From assembly GCA_907165135.1 (NCBI GenBank), contig OU015568.1:13330001-13394000 (forward strand): a DNA stretch of 64,000 nt, written 5' to 3'. The translations under genes and the position numbers were made by a program. The notes under the pieces are model-generated. The model was not told the origin of the DNA. It worked only from the letters and a program-made list of their open reading frames with translations, and did no database searches. Shown here one piece after another: positions 21,476 to 32,888 of this stretch (its first letter is position 1; each line of letters begins with the position of its first letter). This DNA is from Oikopleura dioica. Lineage: Eukaryota; Animalia; Chordata.

Positions 21476-23813
21476 TTATTTGATGATCCATTCCTTGGTG
21501 TCCATATCAAAGAGTTGGTGTCCCCTAGTCGGCGGTGGAAGAAACATGTCTGTTTTGATAAATGCGTCTGAATCGAGCCAGCTCGAATTTGAAGAGTCGT
21601 TGTTGTTGTCTAGAATGTTTAAACTCAATTTGTTGAGTCCCAGCTCGTCGGGCGAGTGGGGCTCTTCGGGCGTCTTGATCGGAGGTGGTGGTTGCGGCAT
21701 TGCGTTCGACATTGCCATGTTCGGGTGGGAATTCATGATGGCAGCATGGTTCTGATAACGGGGAGAAAGAGATTCTTGGTTCGGGTAGCTTCGTTGTTGC
21801 TGGTGCGTTGGTGAGGGTTGCTGAAGTTGCAGTTGTCTAGGTCGTTGATTATTCTGACACGGGTTTCGGCGACGCATTAAAATCGTTACTCATTAAATTA
21901 AAAGACAGTCTGCGTTGGCGAAAACCCTTCCTGAAGATTGTTGAAAACATGGTTTTGGTTGTCAAAGTGATTATTAGCAGCATTGTGGAAGTTGGTGTTT
22001 GGTTGGTTATAACTTTGATGATCTGGTTGTTGCTGTTGGTGATAGTGCTGCGGCCGTGGGGCTGCATCGCTGGCGCTTGCTGATGAGGAGCCTGCGGATG
22101 ATGATGTTGGTGGTGCTGTTGGTGGGGATGAAGATGCTGGGGCTTGAGTGGAGAGAGGTGTTGTGGAGATGGAGTAGAATGATGATGCAGAGGAGTGGAC
22201 GGCGAAGCGGGCTGATAGAAGGCGGCCGAGGAGCTGGGCGTAGGCGGAGGAAATGCAAACTGAGTCTGGTTGGAACTTGGTGGAGAAATACTTAAACAGT
22301 CCTATCAAAACACTGTCTGGGCGTCACTTAGTACCTATTGAAGCTTCTGCTAAGTGGCGAGTGGTAGTTCAAGCCGCTGCTACCGTCGGAGCGTGCGTCA
22401 CTTGGCGGCGTGCCGATGATAGAACCTTGCGGGTCGAGGATAGGGAAGGAATTGGACGTGTTGTATTGGTTGAGCTTTTCGTAGATCATCTCTTTTGCGA
22501 TTTCGACTTGCTCGGACTTGCCGCAAATGACGCATAGGGCATTGGAGTCTGTGTGGCCAGTGTATTCTTTGTCGATGTAGACATTAGCACCGGATGTCTC
22601 CTCTGAAGTCGTGGCTTATGAAAGAAGAAATGAAGTCCAACTTACGAATAATCTTGATATTCTTGCCCTTCTTTCCAATAACCATTCCGACGGCATTGAG
22701 CGGGATAAGGATGTTGTCCTGGATGCGTTTCTTGCTTTGTTTTACAAGTTCGCGCTCGGTTTCCCGAGAGTTCCAAGTAGTGTCAGGGCTGGATGAGTTC
22801 CAAACGCCGATTTTCGTGTCATCATTTGTTTTACTACAGCCATAAAGTAAGCGATATATTCTCAGAGCTCAGCAAGGGTACTTACGCGCTGTCAAAATAG
22901 TTTCCATTGTGGTCCGGTTTCATCCCACTGTAGCCCGAGTTGTTTCCGATTGTCTCATTGTAATTATGAGCCGAGCCAGTCGGCTTGTGAATGGGCAAAC
23001 TTGCTTGCGGTGCTTGCTGCATGTTCCTGTGAAGACCAACTTGCTCAAGGAGATTATCCCGGCGAGCTAATAGCTCCAGGACTCGCTTCTCCGCGGCTTG
23101 AACCTGCAGATCGATTAAGACCAGATTTCTGAAGGCGGAGGCATACCTGCACTGAGTTTCCGCGAATGATACATTTGCCAGCGTACTGAGCCGGGACGTT
23201 TTCCTTGTCTACGTAGACGAAGGCGCCTGTCTTGTCCTTGATGACTTGGATGTTCGAGCCACTAAATGTTAAACCAAATTAGGGCGATAGCGTTGAGGGA
23301 ATACTCACCCGGATCCGATGACACGGCCGACATCGTCGCTGGTATTCAAAGCTATGGATTTCTCAGTGGTTTCGCGCTCGCGCAGAAGCTCCTTGATGAG
23401 CGATTCGGCATGGTCGAGGTTGTCAACAGTTGGACCTCGGATCACGCAGACCCGCTTCGTCACATCGTGCTCGAATGGTTCTGACTTGATCGACATCCAA
23501 ACATTGCAAACTTCCTGAAAAGATTGGCTGTTATCGACTTGTCTTAAAAGACTTTTCTTTTTTTGATCGATTATGGATTGAAAGCGCTTTGAAGTTGTGT
23601 ACTGACCTTGATAAGATGTTTCATTCGGCCATTTTTGCCGATGACAGCGCCGGTGCGCTCAGCAGGGAGGTAGATTGTGCGGCTTTGCCCCTTAGGATAC
23701 TCAGGGTTGTGTTTATTAGGTCTGCTGTCATTGCCAGATCCGTTCGAGGCCGAGGAACTGGTCGATTCTTTGCGCCAATCTGAGCCCATATCTTGAGGGA
23801 ACTCCATTGGCAT
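21476..23813 (-). CDS. RNA-binding protein with three KH domains and a long Q/N/S/P-rich C-terminus
   Basis: GxxG loops GAVIGKNG, GRVIGSG|GSNI and GMVIGKKGKNI across spliced exons. The low-complexity exons lie at 21476-22310. Orthology not determined. Confidence 0.8.
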
Positions 23814-26800
23814 GTAAAAAACTTTTCACGTACACCCCAAGTCCAGTCTAAAAATGGAGGATTTGATTAGTTTTCGCATTAAAATCGACTAAAATCAGAC
23901 AAATAAGGTCATTAACAGTACCGAAATGATATTTGAATCAATAAGTCACATAAAGGTAGCATTTTTCTCTTGTTAAAACTGAATGAACAAAAAAATCAAA
24001 ATACAGAAGACATTCTCTCGGCCTCAGTTAATTGCAAAGGAGCGAGTATGGCAAGTAATAAATTGTCTGAGATCGATTTCGGACGCCGCCCTATTCCTGG
24101 GGGACAATTGTGTCGACTCGGCACACCCATATTCTCCATAAACACAAATCCAAGCTACGTGAGCCGATGATTGATAAGTGCTCAAGGGGAATAATTTTTA
24201 ATTTTAGATTTTGATCGATCATCGCAAAAAAGGGCCAAGTGTTCTTTCAGAAACAGTTCTCTCAATCTCCCTCGACTGGGTAAATTAATGCATTGATAGT
24301 GTGTAGTCGCGCTTGGAGCGATTTCTATTTCGAAGATTTGCACACACAATGGAGCTTACACCTGTCCCGACAGGTTACATGATGCACTATTATCACACGG
24401 CTCGGGTCTCACAGACGAAATACTAGTCCTCTTCTGAAAGCAAGGACGAGAACTAAAGACTGTAGTTCGACCGGTTTATACCGTTGTTTTAACTTACTGC
24501 GCTAGACTCTATCTCCCAAAACTAAGAAATATTCAAGTAAGTTTTCCGTCTAGCAGCCAATCTCACAGCTTCGTGTGATGACCCTAAGCGAGTGCATTCC
24601 GCACTAACACTAGTATCTGACAATACGAGGCCTTCCTCTATTTTAAGCGACGCGCTCTTGGCGAGAATCCAACAGCGAGATTGTGACACTACAACTTGTA
24701 TAGAGCTGGCATTGTACAGCCAAAACATATTTTCTCCGTGTTTCAAATAAAAGCGGAGTTCGATCAATTATTTAGGTCATGATACGAGTTATAGCGAGTT
24801 TAGCGAGGCAGGCGCAATTAAAAAGACACTAGCGGAAATGAAGCAATAAATGTAATTATTGAGCAGGGCGGTTTTGAGTGACTCGATCAAAATTGGAGAA
24901 TATACTTTTTAATGAATTCTCTCTTTTGTTTATCGCGGCGGTATTTATTCAGAATAGGGAAAACGGAAAATCCCCATCCCAAAAAACGCCGTGCTTATAC
25001 AAAAAGTGTGTAACTACAAGAGCACTGGAGAATTAAATCCTCAACAAATTCTTAATTCTCGAATTCGAAAAGCAAAATCGGTAAGGTAATTTCCAATTAT
25101 TCGAATGGTTTTATTATAAAACGGATTTCAAATATAGTTCTGTTTGATTCTGCTTGAATTTCACAAAGCTTACGAAATTCAAAGTCTGAAGAGGAACATG
25201 TCAGTAAATATCATATCTCGTAAAAAGTCGATTCTCTTGTAAAAACGCAAAAAAGTCGCTAAAATTTGGAAGAACGGAGCTGGATGCTTCTCGAAAACGT
25301 GATACGTGTGAAAAAGTAAAGAGCGCAAATTCATAACCCGTGTGAAATCGCACGCAAGTACATGCGCTCAGTTACTGTCTCCGCTACTGTATTTACTGTT
25401 ACTCGGTTCAGGAAGGTCCGCACGGTAAACCAATTATCACCTACTTAGTGCCGTTCTCGCGGGAAAATTCCAAGCCTATTATTCGCAACATTCACGTAAT
25501 GGATCTATATTCTGCATATGGAATTGAATTTGAATACAAATCAACTACAGAGCCTGTAGCGCGGGGGCAACATTGCACTACAGTGAACTCTTTTGCCCTG
25601 TGCAAATTTGGCTTCGGGGTAAATTCAAAATCGAAAACAGATAAGAATACGCTTGATAAGGGCTTTTAATGGTCATGTGATGATTCATTAATATTCTTCA
25701 CGATAATACAGTTACGAATAAAACATTATAAAAGAAAATACTCAATATTCGTCTATTGCTATTAAATATCATAAATTAAATATAACAGCGTTATTTAGTA
25801 ACAAATAATTATATTTAAAAATCATTAAAATAACTAAAGAATACTGTGGGCTAATCCAGCAGGCGGAATTCTCTTAAAATCGGCCGATAAGAATCTCTGA
25901 TAAGAATCAGTCTCAGCCGGGTTGAACTGTAGTTCATCAAAGTTGATAAGCGATCTCTTCGATTCACAAATTAAAGTTTTCTTGATACAAAAAGTGGTTA
26001 TTTTCAGAATACAAAGACCGGAGTAGCAGAAGGCGTTTCTCCATCGAATTTCTATTGGCCGGGGCTGGGCTAGCGTAAGAAATCTTTCCCTCAAGGGAGG
26101 GGCGTGCTCTTTTCTTCTTCTACGGAGGACGGGTCAGCCGGGTCTTCAGCTGTTCTTCCGGCTCTTGCGAATGAGGGTCTTTCTGAAGCAAGTGCCTTGG
26201 AAGAGAATGAGGGCCACCTATCGCTGGGCGCCAACCTACGCCCGGTCGCCAATTCCTTTGGTTCGATCGACTCCGTCCGAACCTCTTCTCTCTTTCTGTC
26301 GCTCTCTGTCCAGCTCGAGCTATTGATGTGGCCCTCTTGGGCTCTCGCACCCTGGCCCCGGTGCGACCAGGAACGACCCAAATTTTGTATATGCCTTTTT
26401 GCCACTTTTGGTGTAACAACTTGCGACTGGAAGACACTAAGCCGCGGAGAACAGCCTCCCTTTCATCATTGAACCCATCTTCAAGTTGAACACTATTCTG
26501 TATCATAGATACAGTCAGACGAGCACTTGGAAGCGGAGAAATGGAACATGCGAGGGACGGAACGAACCACCTAAAATAGAAGACTTGGATCGGCTCCGCT
26601 CCGGGTATAGATGGAAAATCTCCGCCACCGGAAATTTGGAAATGTTCCAAACAAACTAGAGCGCATCTTTGAAGTGCTCAAAGTGTTGGTCAACTTCTGG
26701 GATCGAGTTATAATTACAGGGCTTCAAAGTTCGCAGCTTGCTTCAAGCGGAATAATAAGATAAGCGAGCTTCAATTGGAAATTTTCGACAAACGATCGAT

Positions 26801-27411
26801 CCAGTTGAACTAAAATCCACGACAAACAAGTGATATCGTCGACGAGCCCTCATTTGAACAAGGGATGTTTTCGTAAACACGCTTTGGCAATTGAATTTTG
26901 AAATTGCAATTTTGAATTCTAGCAATTGACTCCAAACAATGTCGGTTTTTATGCTCGGCTAGTAGCGGGCCAGGCAATGAGGCACTAATGAAGCCATCGG
27001 CCGAAGTTTCATTTTCTCGAAAAAGAGCACTCACCTGTCTGCTCTCCACTCATGCATACATGACATGCTCTAATCCAGACATAATAGCGGTAAAATATCA
27101 AATTGTAGAAGATCATCAACAGCGCGACTGAAAATTTGAAACTTGAAAATTGAAGGATCAGGCTTGGTAGAAATGGGATGAGTTTGTTCTACTTCCTCGC
27201 AACCGTAATCCTAACCGGGAAGAGATGATAGTGTTAAATTCATGTCGGGTAATTTACATTCTCGTTGGGAATAATTTATGATTCATAAGTAGTCTGAAAA
27301 GGTGTTGTCAAGGGCACACTCATTGTGGAATCGTTAAAAGAGATTAGTCGCCGTTGTATTTTTATACGTCCTCTCTACCTGAGCAATTTTACTCCGAAAA
27401 GAGAAAGGGTC

Positions 27412-27695
27412 CTGGGTGGCGGGCGGCTTCGTTCGCAAAGGCCATTTTGCGAACGGCGTTCGCAAATTACGAACGGCGTTCGCAAAATCGAAAAATTTTT
27501 GGCCGAAAATCGTTCACAACTTTTTTCAAAATGTGTCCCAGCGGTAGAAAAAGACTGCTCCTGCCAAGCCAATGAGTTCTCTACCAGAAAATGCGCGAAG
27601 CGCACGCTCACGGCAAGAATTTTTTTCGTTGCGAACGGCGTTCGCAAGATTACGAACGGCGTTCGCAAATTGCGAACAAGCCGCCCTACACCCAG
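27412..27695. mobile_element. MITE (284 bp) with TIRs and 4-bp TSD GGTC
   Basis: CTGGGTGGCGGGCGGCTTCGTTCGCAA ... TTGCGAACAAGCCGCCCTACACCCAG, with GGTC at 27408-27411 and 27696-27699. Internal GCGAACGGCGTTCGC palindromes. Confidence 0.8.
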
Positions 27696-27718
27696 GGTCC
27701 TGTCAACACACTGAAAAA

Positions 27719-28078
27719 ATGTCTGTTCGAAAAATTGCATCTAAAGAGGAATTCAAAGGGCTAATGAGCGAGGTAAGCTGATTAAGAGGAACGTATTCTA
27801 TCAGAAAATTTAAGAATGCTCTCGTCATTGTGGACTATTTCGCGACTTGGTGCCCTCCATGCCGAATGATCGCCCCCTGGCTCGAGGAGCAAGCCAAGGC
27901 CTTTGACGGAAAAGTCGTCTTCGCCAAGGTGGATGTCGATGAACTGGAAGACGTCGCTGCTGAGCAGAAGATTCAGTGCATGCCGACCTTTGAGTTCTTC
28001 AAGGGAGGCGCCGCTGTTGCAAGAATCGAAGGAGCTGATAAAGCGGGCATCAGCAGCAAAATTGAACAGCTCGCCTAG
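27719..28078 (+). CDS. Thioredoxin paralog 1 (WCPPC)
   Basis: MSVRKIASKEEFKGLMSE|NALVIVDYFATWCPPCRMIAP...MPTFEFFKGG. Confidence 0.92.
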
Positions 28079-28467
28079 AATCTTAGACAATATCAACTTT
28101 AGAAATTCCATTGAAGAAGATCTTGATTCTGCGCATGAAACTTATTGAAACTGATCTAATAAATGTTCCATTTCCCTTTTTAAAAAAATCTCCTCACTTA
28201 GAACTGAAATGGAGTGATAAACCGCTCATCAGCAATTCAGACATGATGACCGGTGCACTTCTCACAAGTGCCCATTTCTTTAAGACAAGTGCCGTCAGAA
28301 TTAACGACAATAGGAGTCGATTTTTTTTCTAGAAGGTGCGAGAGAGCTTCAGGTCTCTCACCTACGCGCATGTTTGCCCAATCACTTTGTGCATAAAAGG
28401 ACGTCACAGTCAAATTTCCCCTCATTTTCCTTTTGTCAAAAGTCGAGAGCGCCCGAATTTGAAGAAA

Positions 28468-28864
28468 ATGTCCGTCAGACAACTCGAATCTAAGGATGAA
28501 TTTGTTGCCCTCAAGGGAGAGGTAAGCTTGTAACTCTTGAAAGGCCTATTTTTTAATATCAATAGATCCCATAAATACCCGTTTCTGACAAAAATTCTAG
28601 AGCCAACTTATCGTTGTCGATTATTTCGCCACCTGGTGCGGTCCATGCCGAATGATCGCCCCCTGGCTCGCCGAGCAAGCCAAGGCCTTCGACGGAAAAG
28701 TCATCTTCGCTAAGGTCGACGTCGACGAGCTGGAAGACGTCGCCGCCGAGCAAAAGATTCAGGCTATGCCAACCTTCGAGTTCTTCAAGGGTGGCAACTC
28801 CGTCGCCCGCTTTGAAGGTGCCAACAAGGACAAACTCCTCGCCAAGATCAACGAGCTCCTCTAA
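28468..28864 (+). CDS. TXN: Thioredoxin paralog 2 (canonical WCGPC)
   Basis: MSVRQLESKDEFVALKGE|..LIVVDYFATWCGPCRMIAP...AMPTFEFFKGG..FEGAN. Confidence 0.93.
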
Positions 28865-29208
28865 GCCGGGAATCATTGTCAATTCCAAATCAATCGTTTT
28901 CCAGCAGAAGATTCACAAAAAGAAACTAAACCACCTAAATACCCTAGAAAAAATTCGTCTCAAGGTCACCATGACTGACAATAGAGCTGCCTTCTATCTA
29001 CAGTTTTTTTACTGTGCAATCAATTCATAAAATCAAAGTACAATTATTTACTATTCTGTTTAATAAATAAAATCAAATTGAAAAGACCGTATCGACTTAA
29101 AAATTTGCTTGTTTGAAATAAGACCATTTTTATCGCCATCATAAAAGAGAAGGCAGGACTTTTGTAGCTTACTTGCTGAGATAGTTTTAATAACGAATAG
29201 AGATCACT

Positions 29209-29713
29209 ATGCTTGTCAGGAAAATAAAAACCTTCGATCAATTTGAAAATTTAACCAGGAAGGTTTGAGTCGTTTCCAATTGACTCCGGAATACCAAAAG
29301 TTTCAGTCAGGTCTGGTGATTGTCCATTACTATGCCAAGCGATGCGAGCCCTGCAAGATCATCCAACCTTGGTTCGAAGACCAAGCCAGAGCGGCAAAAT
29401 GGTTCAATGAGGATGTGATCTTCGCGAAACTAGACGCCGTGGAACTCGTAGGAGCTGTTTTAGAACTTAATTTATGATGAATTGTATTTGGCCCGTAGTC
29501 ACTGTAAATAATGAAACAGCATTTTCGAACTGAGCCGCAGAGATCGCTGCTCAGCAACGGGTCGAGTCACTTCCAACGTTCGAGTTCTTCAAGGGCGGAA
29601 CTTCCATTGATACTGTCGAAGGAGCCAGCTATGAATCGAAGGCACAATTTCGATTGTTGATTGGAGAGCATATGCAGAAGAAAAATCGTCAGTTTTTGAA
29701 TTCTACCCTTTGA
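29209..29713 (+). CDS. Divergent thioredoxin paralog 3 (RCEPC)
   Basis: MLVRKIKTFDQFENFNQE|SGLVIVHYYAKRCEPCKIIQPWFE...|..SLPTFEFFKGGTSIDTVEGA; three exons. Confidence 0.8.
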
Positions 29714-30071
29714 ATAAACAGCAAAACCCTGAAGCATGTAGGCTATTTGGAAAATTAGGGACAATAAATTATTCAATAAAACTAAAATCATGGAGGGTCG
29801 ACGGAAGACAACAAAGCTTAGAAATGAGATTCCATGATTATCAGACATGGATCGTTCCGAGAATAGCTGGGTCCGAACCACTATTTTCAGTAGGCCGCAC
29901 CGAGCCGGTATTCACCAATCAACGGGCTTGAATGCCAACGGCCTCCACCAATATTTGACTCAGAGTGTCCAACTAATGAGAGATTCCTTCCAAAATCTAC
30001 CGTTCTAGAGATGATTTTCTTTGTGTTCTTAGGTGAATATTCGACCGAGGTTAATTGGGTTTATTCTAGAG

Positions 30072-31493
30072 ATGAGCTTGTTCGATATCGCTAAACAGAA
30101 TCCCTTCGGAAAACCCGTTGTTTCTGATGCTGCTACAAGGTAAATATTGTGGCTTTCCTCAGGACGGATTTTTGGAATTTTTTCCGCATTTTTTTAATTG
30201 CTCTTATTCCTCGACGAATTTCGTATTTCGAAATGATAAGTTCAATCTTTGAAATTTCTTACGTAACAATCATCAAAGTTTCAACTTTGCCATAGCATTG
30301 AAATTAAGCGTTCCTGATCCCAAATACAGGTATCGGATCAAAATCACTTCGAATACAAGTTATATAACTAACCCGACAATTTAAGTATGAGCTTTGCCAA
30401 TTATTAATTGGGTTTAAGCACATAATAAAATATGAATTCAGCTGTGAGTTCGGATCCACCGAGTACTACTTGAAATGTATGATCGGTGGTGCTCTCTCTT
30501 GTGGTCTTACCCACACCGCCGTCGTCCCATTGGATTTGGTCAAGTGCCGAATGCAGGTCGACGCTGCCAAATACCCATCCCTCGGCAAGGGCCTCAAGGT
30601 AATATTTCCTCCTTACTTCCATTTTCAACTACCTTTCTTCTCTAGGTCACCGTTGCTGAGGGAGGTGTCAAAGCCCTCGCCCGAGGATGGGCTCCCACCT
30701 TCATCGGATACTCCATGCAGGGAACCTGCAAATTCGGTTTCTACGAAATCTTCAAGAACCTCTACGGAAACGCCATGGGCGAAGAGAACGCTTTCCTTTA
30801 CCGAACATCTCTTTACCTCGCTGCTTCCGCTTCTGCCGAGTTCTTTGCCGATATTGCCCTTGCTCCTATGGAAGCTGTCAAGGTAACCAGCAGCTCAAAG
30901 ATCATCAGATTTTACCCACCGTTTAGGTCCGAATCCAGACCTCCGACTACGCCTCCACCCTTCGCGAGTGCTTCCCCAAGATGCGCGCTGAAGAGGGCAA
31001 CGGAACCTTCATTCGAGGTCTCAAGCCTTTGTGGATGCGACAGATTCCATACACAATGATGAAGTTCGCCTGCTTCGAAAAGACCGTCGAGGCCCTCTAC
31101 CAGTACGTTGTCCCCAAGCCACGAGCTCAGTGCTCCAAGTCCGAGCAGCTCATGGTCACCTTCGCTGCCGGTTACATCGCTGGTGTCTTCTGCGCCATCG
31201 TCTCCCACCCCGCCGATTCTGTCGTCTCCGTCATCAACAAGGATCCTTCCAAATCTGCCGGACAGAGTAAGAATTTCAAACCTTATCCCTTGATTAACGT
31301 TTTCCTAGTCCTCAAGGAGATGGGGCCCAAGGGTGTCTGGAAGGGACTTGGTGCCCGTATCATCATGATCGGTACCCTCACCGCTCTCCAGTGGTTCATC
31401 TACGATGGTGTCAAGGTCGCCCTCCGTCTCCCACGACCACCACCACCAACCATGCCCGAGTCGCTCAAGAAGAAGCTTGGCGTCCAAGAGTAA
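30072..31493 (+). CDS. SLC25A3: Mitochondrial phosphate carrier
   Basis: GGALSCGLTHTAVVPLDLVKCRMQV, GYSMQGTCKFGFYE, LWMRQIPYTMMKFACFE, GTLTALQWFIYD. Confidence 0.95.
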
Positions 31494-31731
31494 ATAGTAA
31501 ATTAATTTATTTCCAGTACCAACAAGTTCTTTGTTAAACTCCATCACTTCATTTCGCTCCCTTTACTCCTCCATCTACCCACCCTTAACTTATTGCGCGC
31601 GCGAGGCAAAAACTCTAGCGCTAGTTCAAATCCAAGTATTCTCTGTCAACTTTGTTAGTCAAGTTACTGTCAAAGTTTGTAAAACAAAAACGATAATAAA
31701 AATCAGTCAAAATCAAAACAAATAGCCTAGA

Positions 31732-32847
31732 ATGAGTTTTTATTTGGAGCAAACTGTAGCGCTTGTTCTTCGGGGAAGCAACGCGAAACCGCCAGAGCTA
31801 GAAATAACGTCTAATGGAAAGCTTTCGCGCATATCGATGACAGAGAAGGAGGATATTATGGGACGATTTGAGAAGTGGCTTGAGGATTGTGTGAGTTTCC
31901 CGCGAGTTCATACGACCAATTCGCCGGTTGTTTTAAGAGATTCTTCTGATGGCCAATTCCTGATGCGTGACTTTAACAAGTTCTCCAAACTTTTGGAAAA
32001 CGTGAAGGCTCGATAATGACTTTTGATAAATTCGAAGCAGCCTATCTTCAACTTTCAAGCCACGTTTCAATTATTTGCAATGGGAAACATCTGAGTTGTC
32101 GAGAAGTCTTTTCTGAGCTTCTTAATGTTTCATCCATGACACAGGCGCAGCTGATGTTTTGGCTATTCCGGGCGAATTACAAACTTGCTGCAAGCACCGC
32201 CACTGTCAAAATTAATCAGCATCGGATTCTGAACATTCCAAAAATGATCAAAGCGAATAGAAAACCTGACGAAGGTGGCATTTCAACTCTGAGAGGAAAA
32301 CATCTCTTGGGCAAAAGGTAGACCTCCAAGAGGATGGTTTGAAGAATCATGGAGTCCAAGCGAACCTGGACGCAATCAAGGAGACATTTTACGTAGACTG
32401 TATCACAGCGGAAGATATTCTCTAGAACTAAAAGATGTTTACGGAAAATGGCGTGACTGGAAGGAGAAACGGCAGATAAAGCTTGAAGAATTGAGAAAGG
32501 CTCACGATATCTCCAAGATCAAACCAGTAAAACAATTCCATTTGTCATGTCTGGAGACGAAGACGGTGAGTGCCCATCAAGTACCATTTATCCAGTCAGT
32601 TATTCCCTCTGAATCTTCTCAAGCAGCTTCTCCAGTTGTTATTTGCAAGCGAGGGACAAAACAGAAGCCATGGGCCAACGACAATAAGGTCGAACATGTG
32701 ATCAACTATTTTACTCCTCATGAACTCGTGCCAAATAGCACTTTCCTTTCAAATAACATTTGCGCGGTAGTAGAAGGTCGTAACGCTCTTTTCTTTAAAT
32801 TTTCTGATACAGAGCTGCCCTCGCCCAACGACTTTGTCAAGAAATAA
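31732..32847 (+). CDS. Hypothetical multi-exon protein between SLC25A3 and ACC
   Basis: Three plus-strand ORF segments, the first two joinable by a GT-AG intron (..WLED|FLQTFGKREGSIMTFDKF..). No recognised motif. Confidence 0.5.
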
Positions 32848-32888
32848 TCACTTGATGGATCCTGTTAAGTTTACTGAATTCAGATGAA

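Noticed and set aside
26091-27070. Minus-strand ORFs (176 aa and 104 aa) with nearby splice-like sites
   Set aside because: I could not assemble a phase-consistent model or recognise any motif. A gene may exist but is not supportable here.
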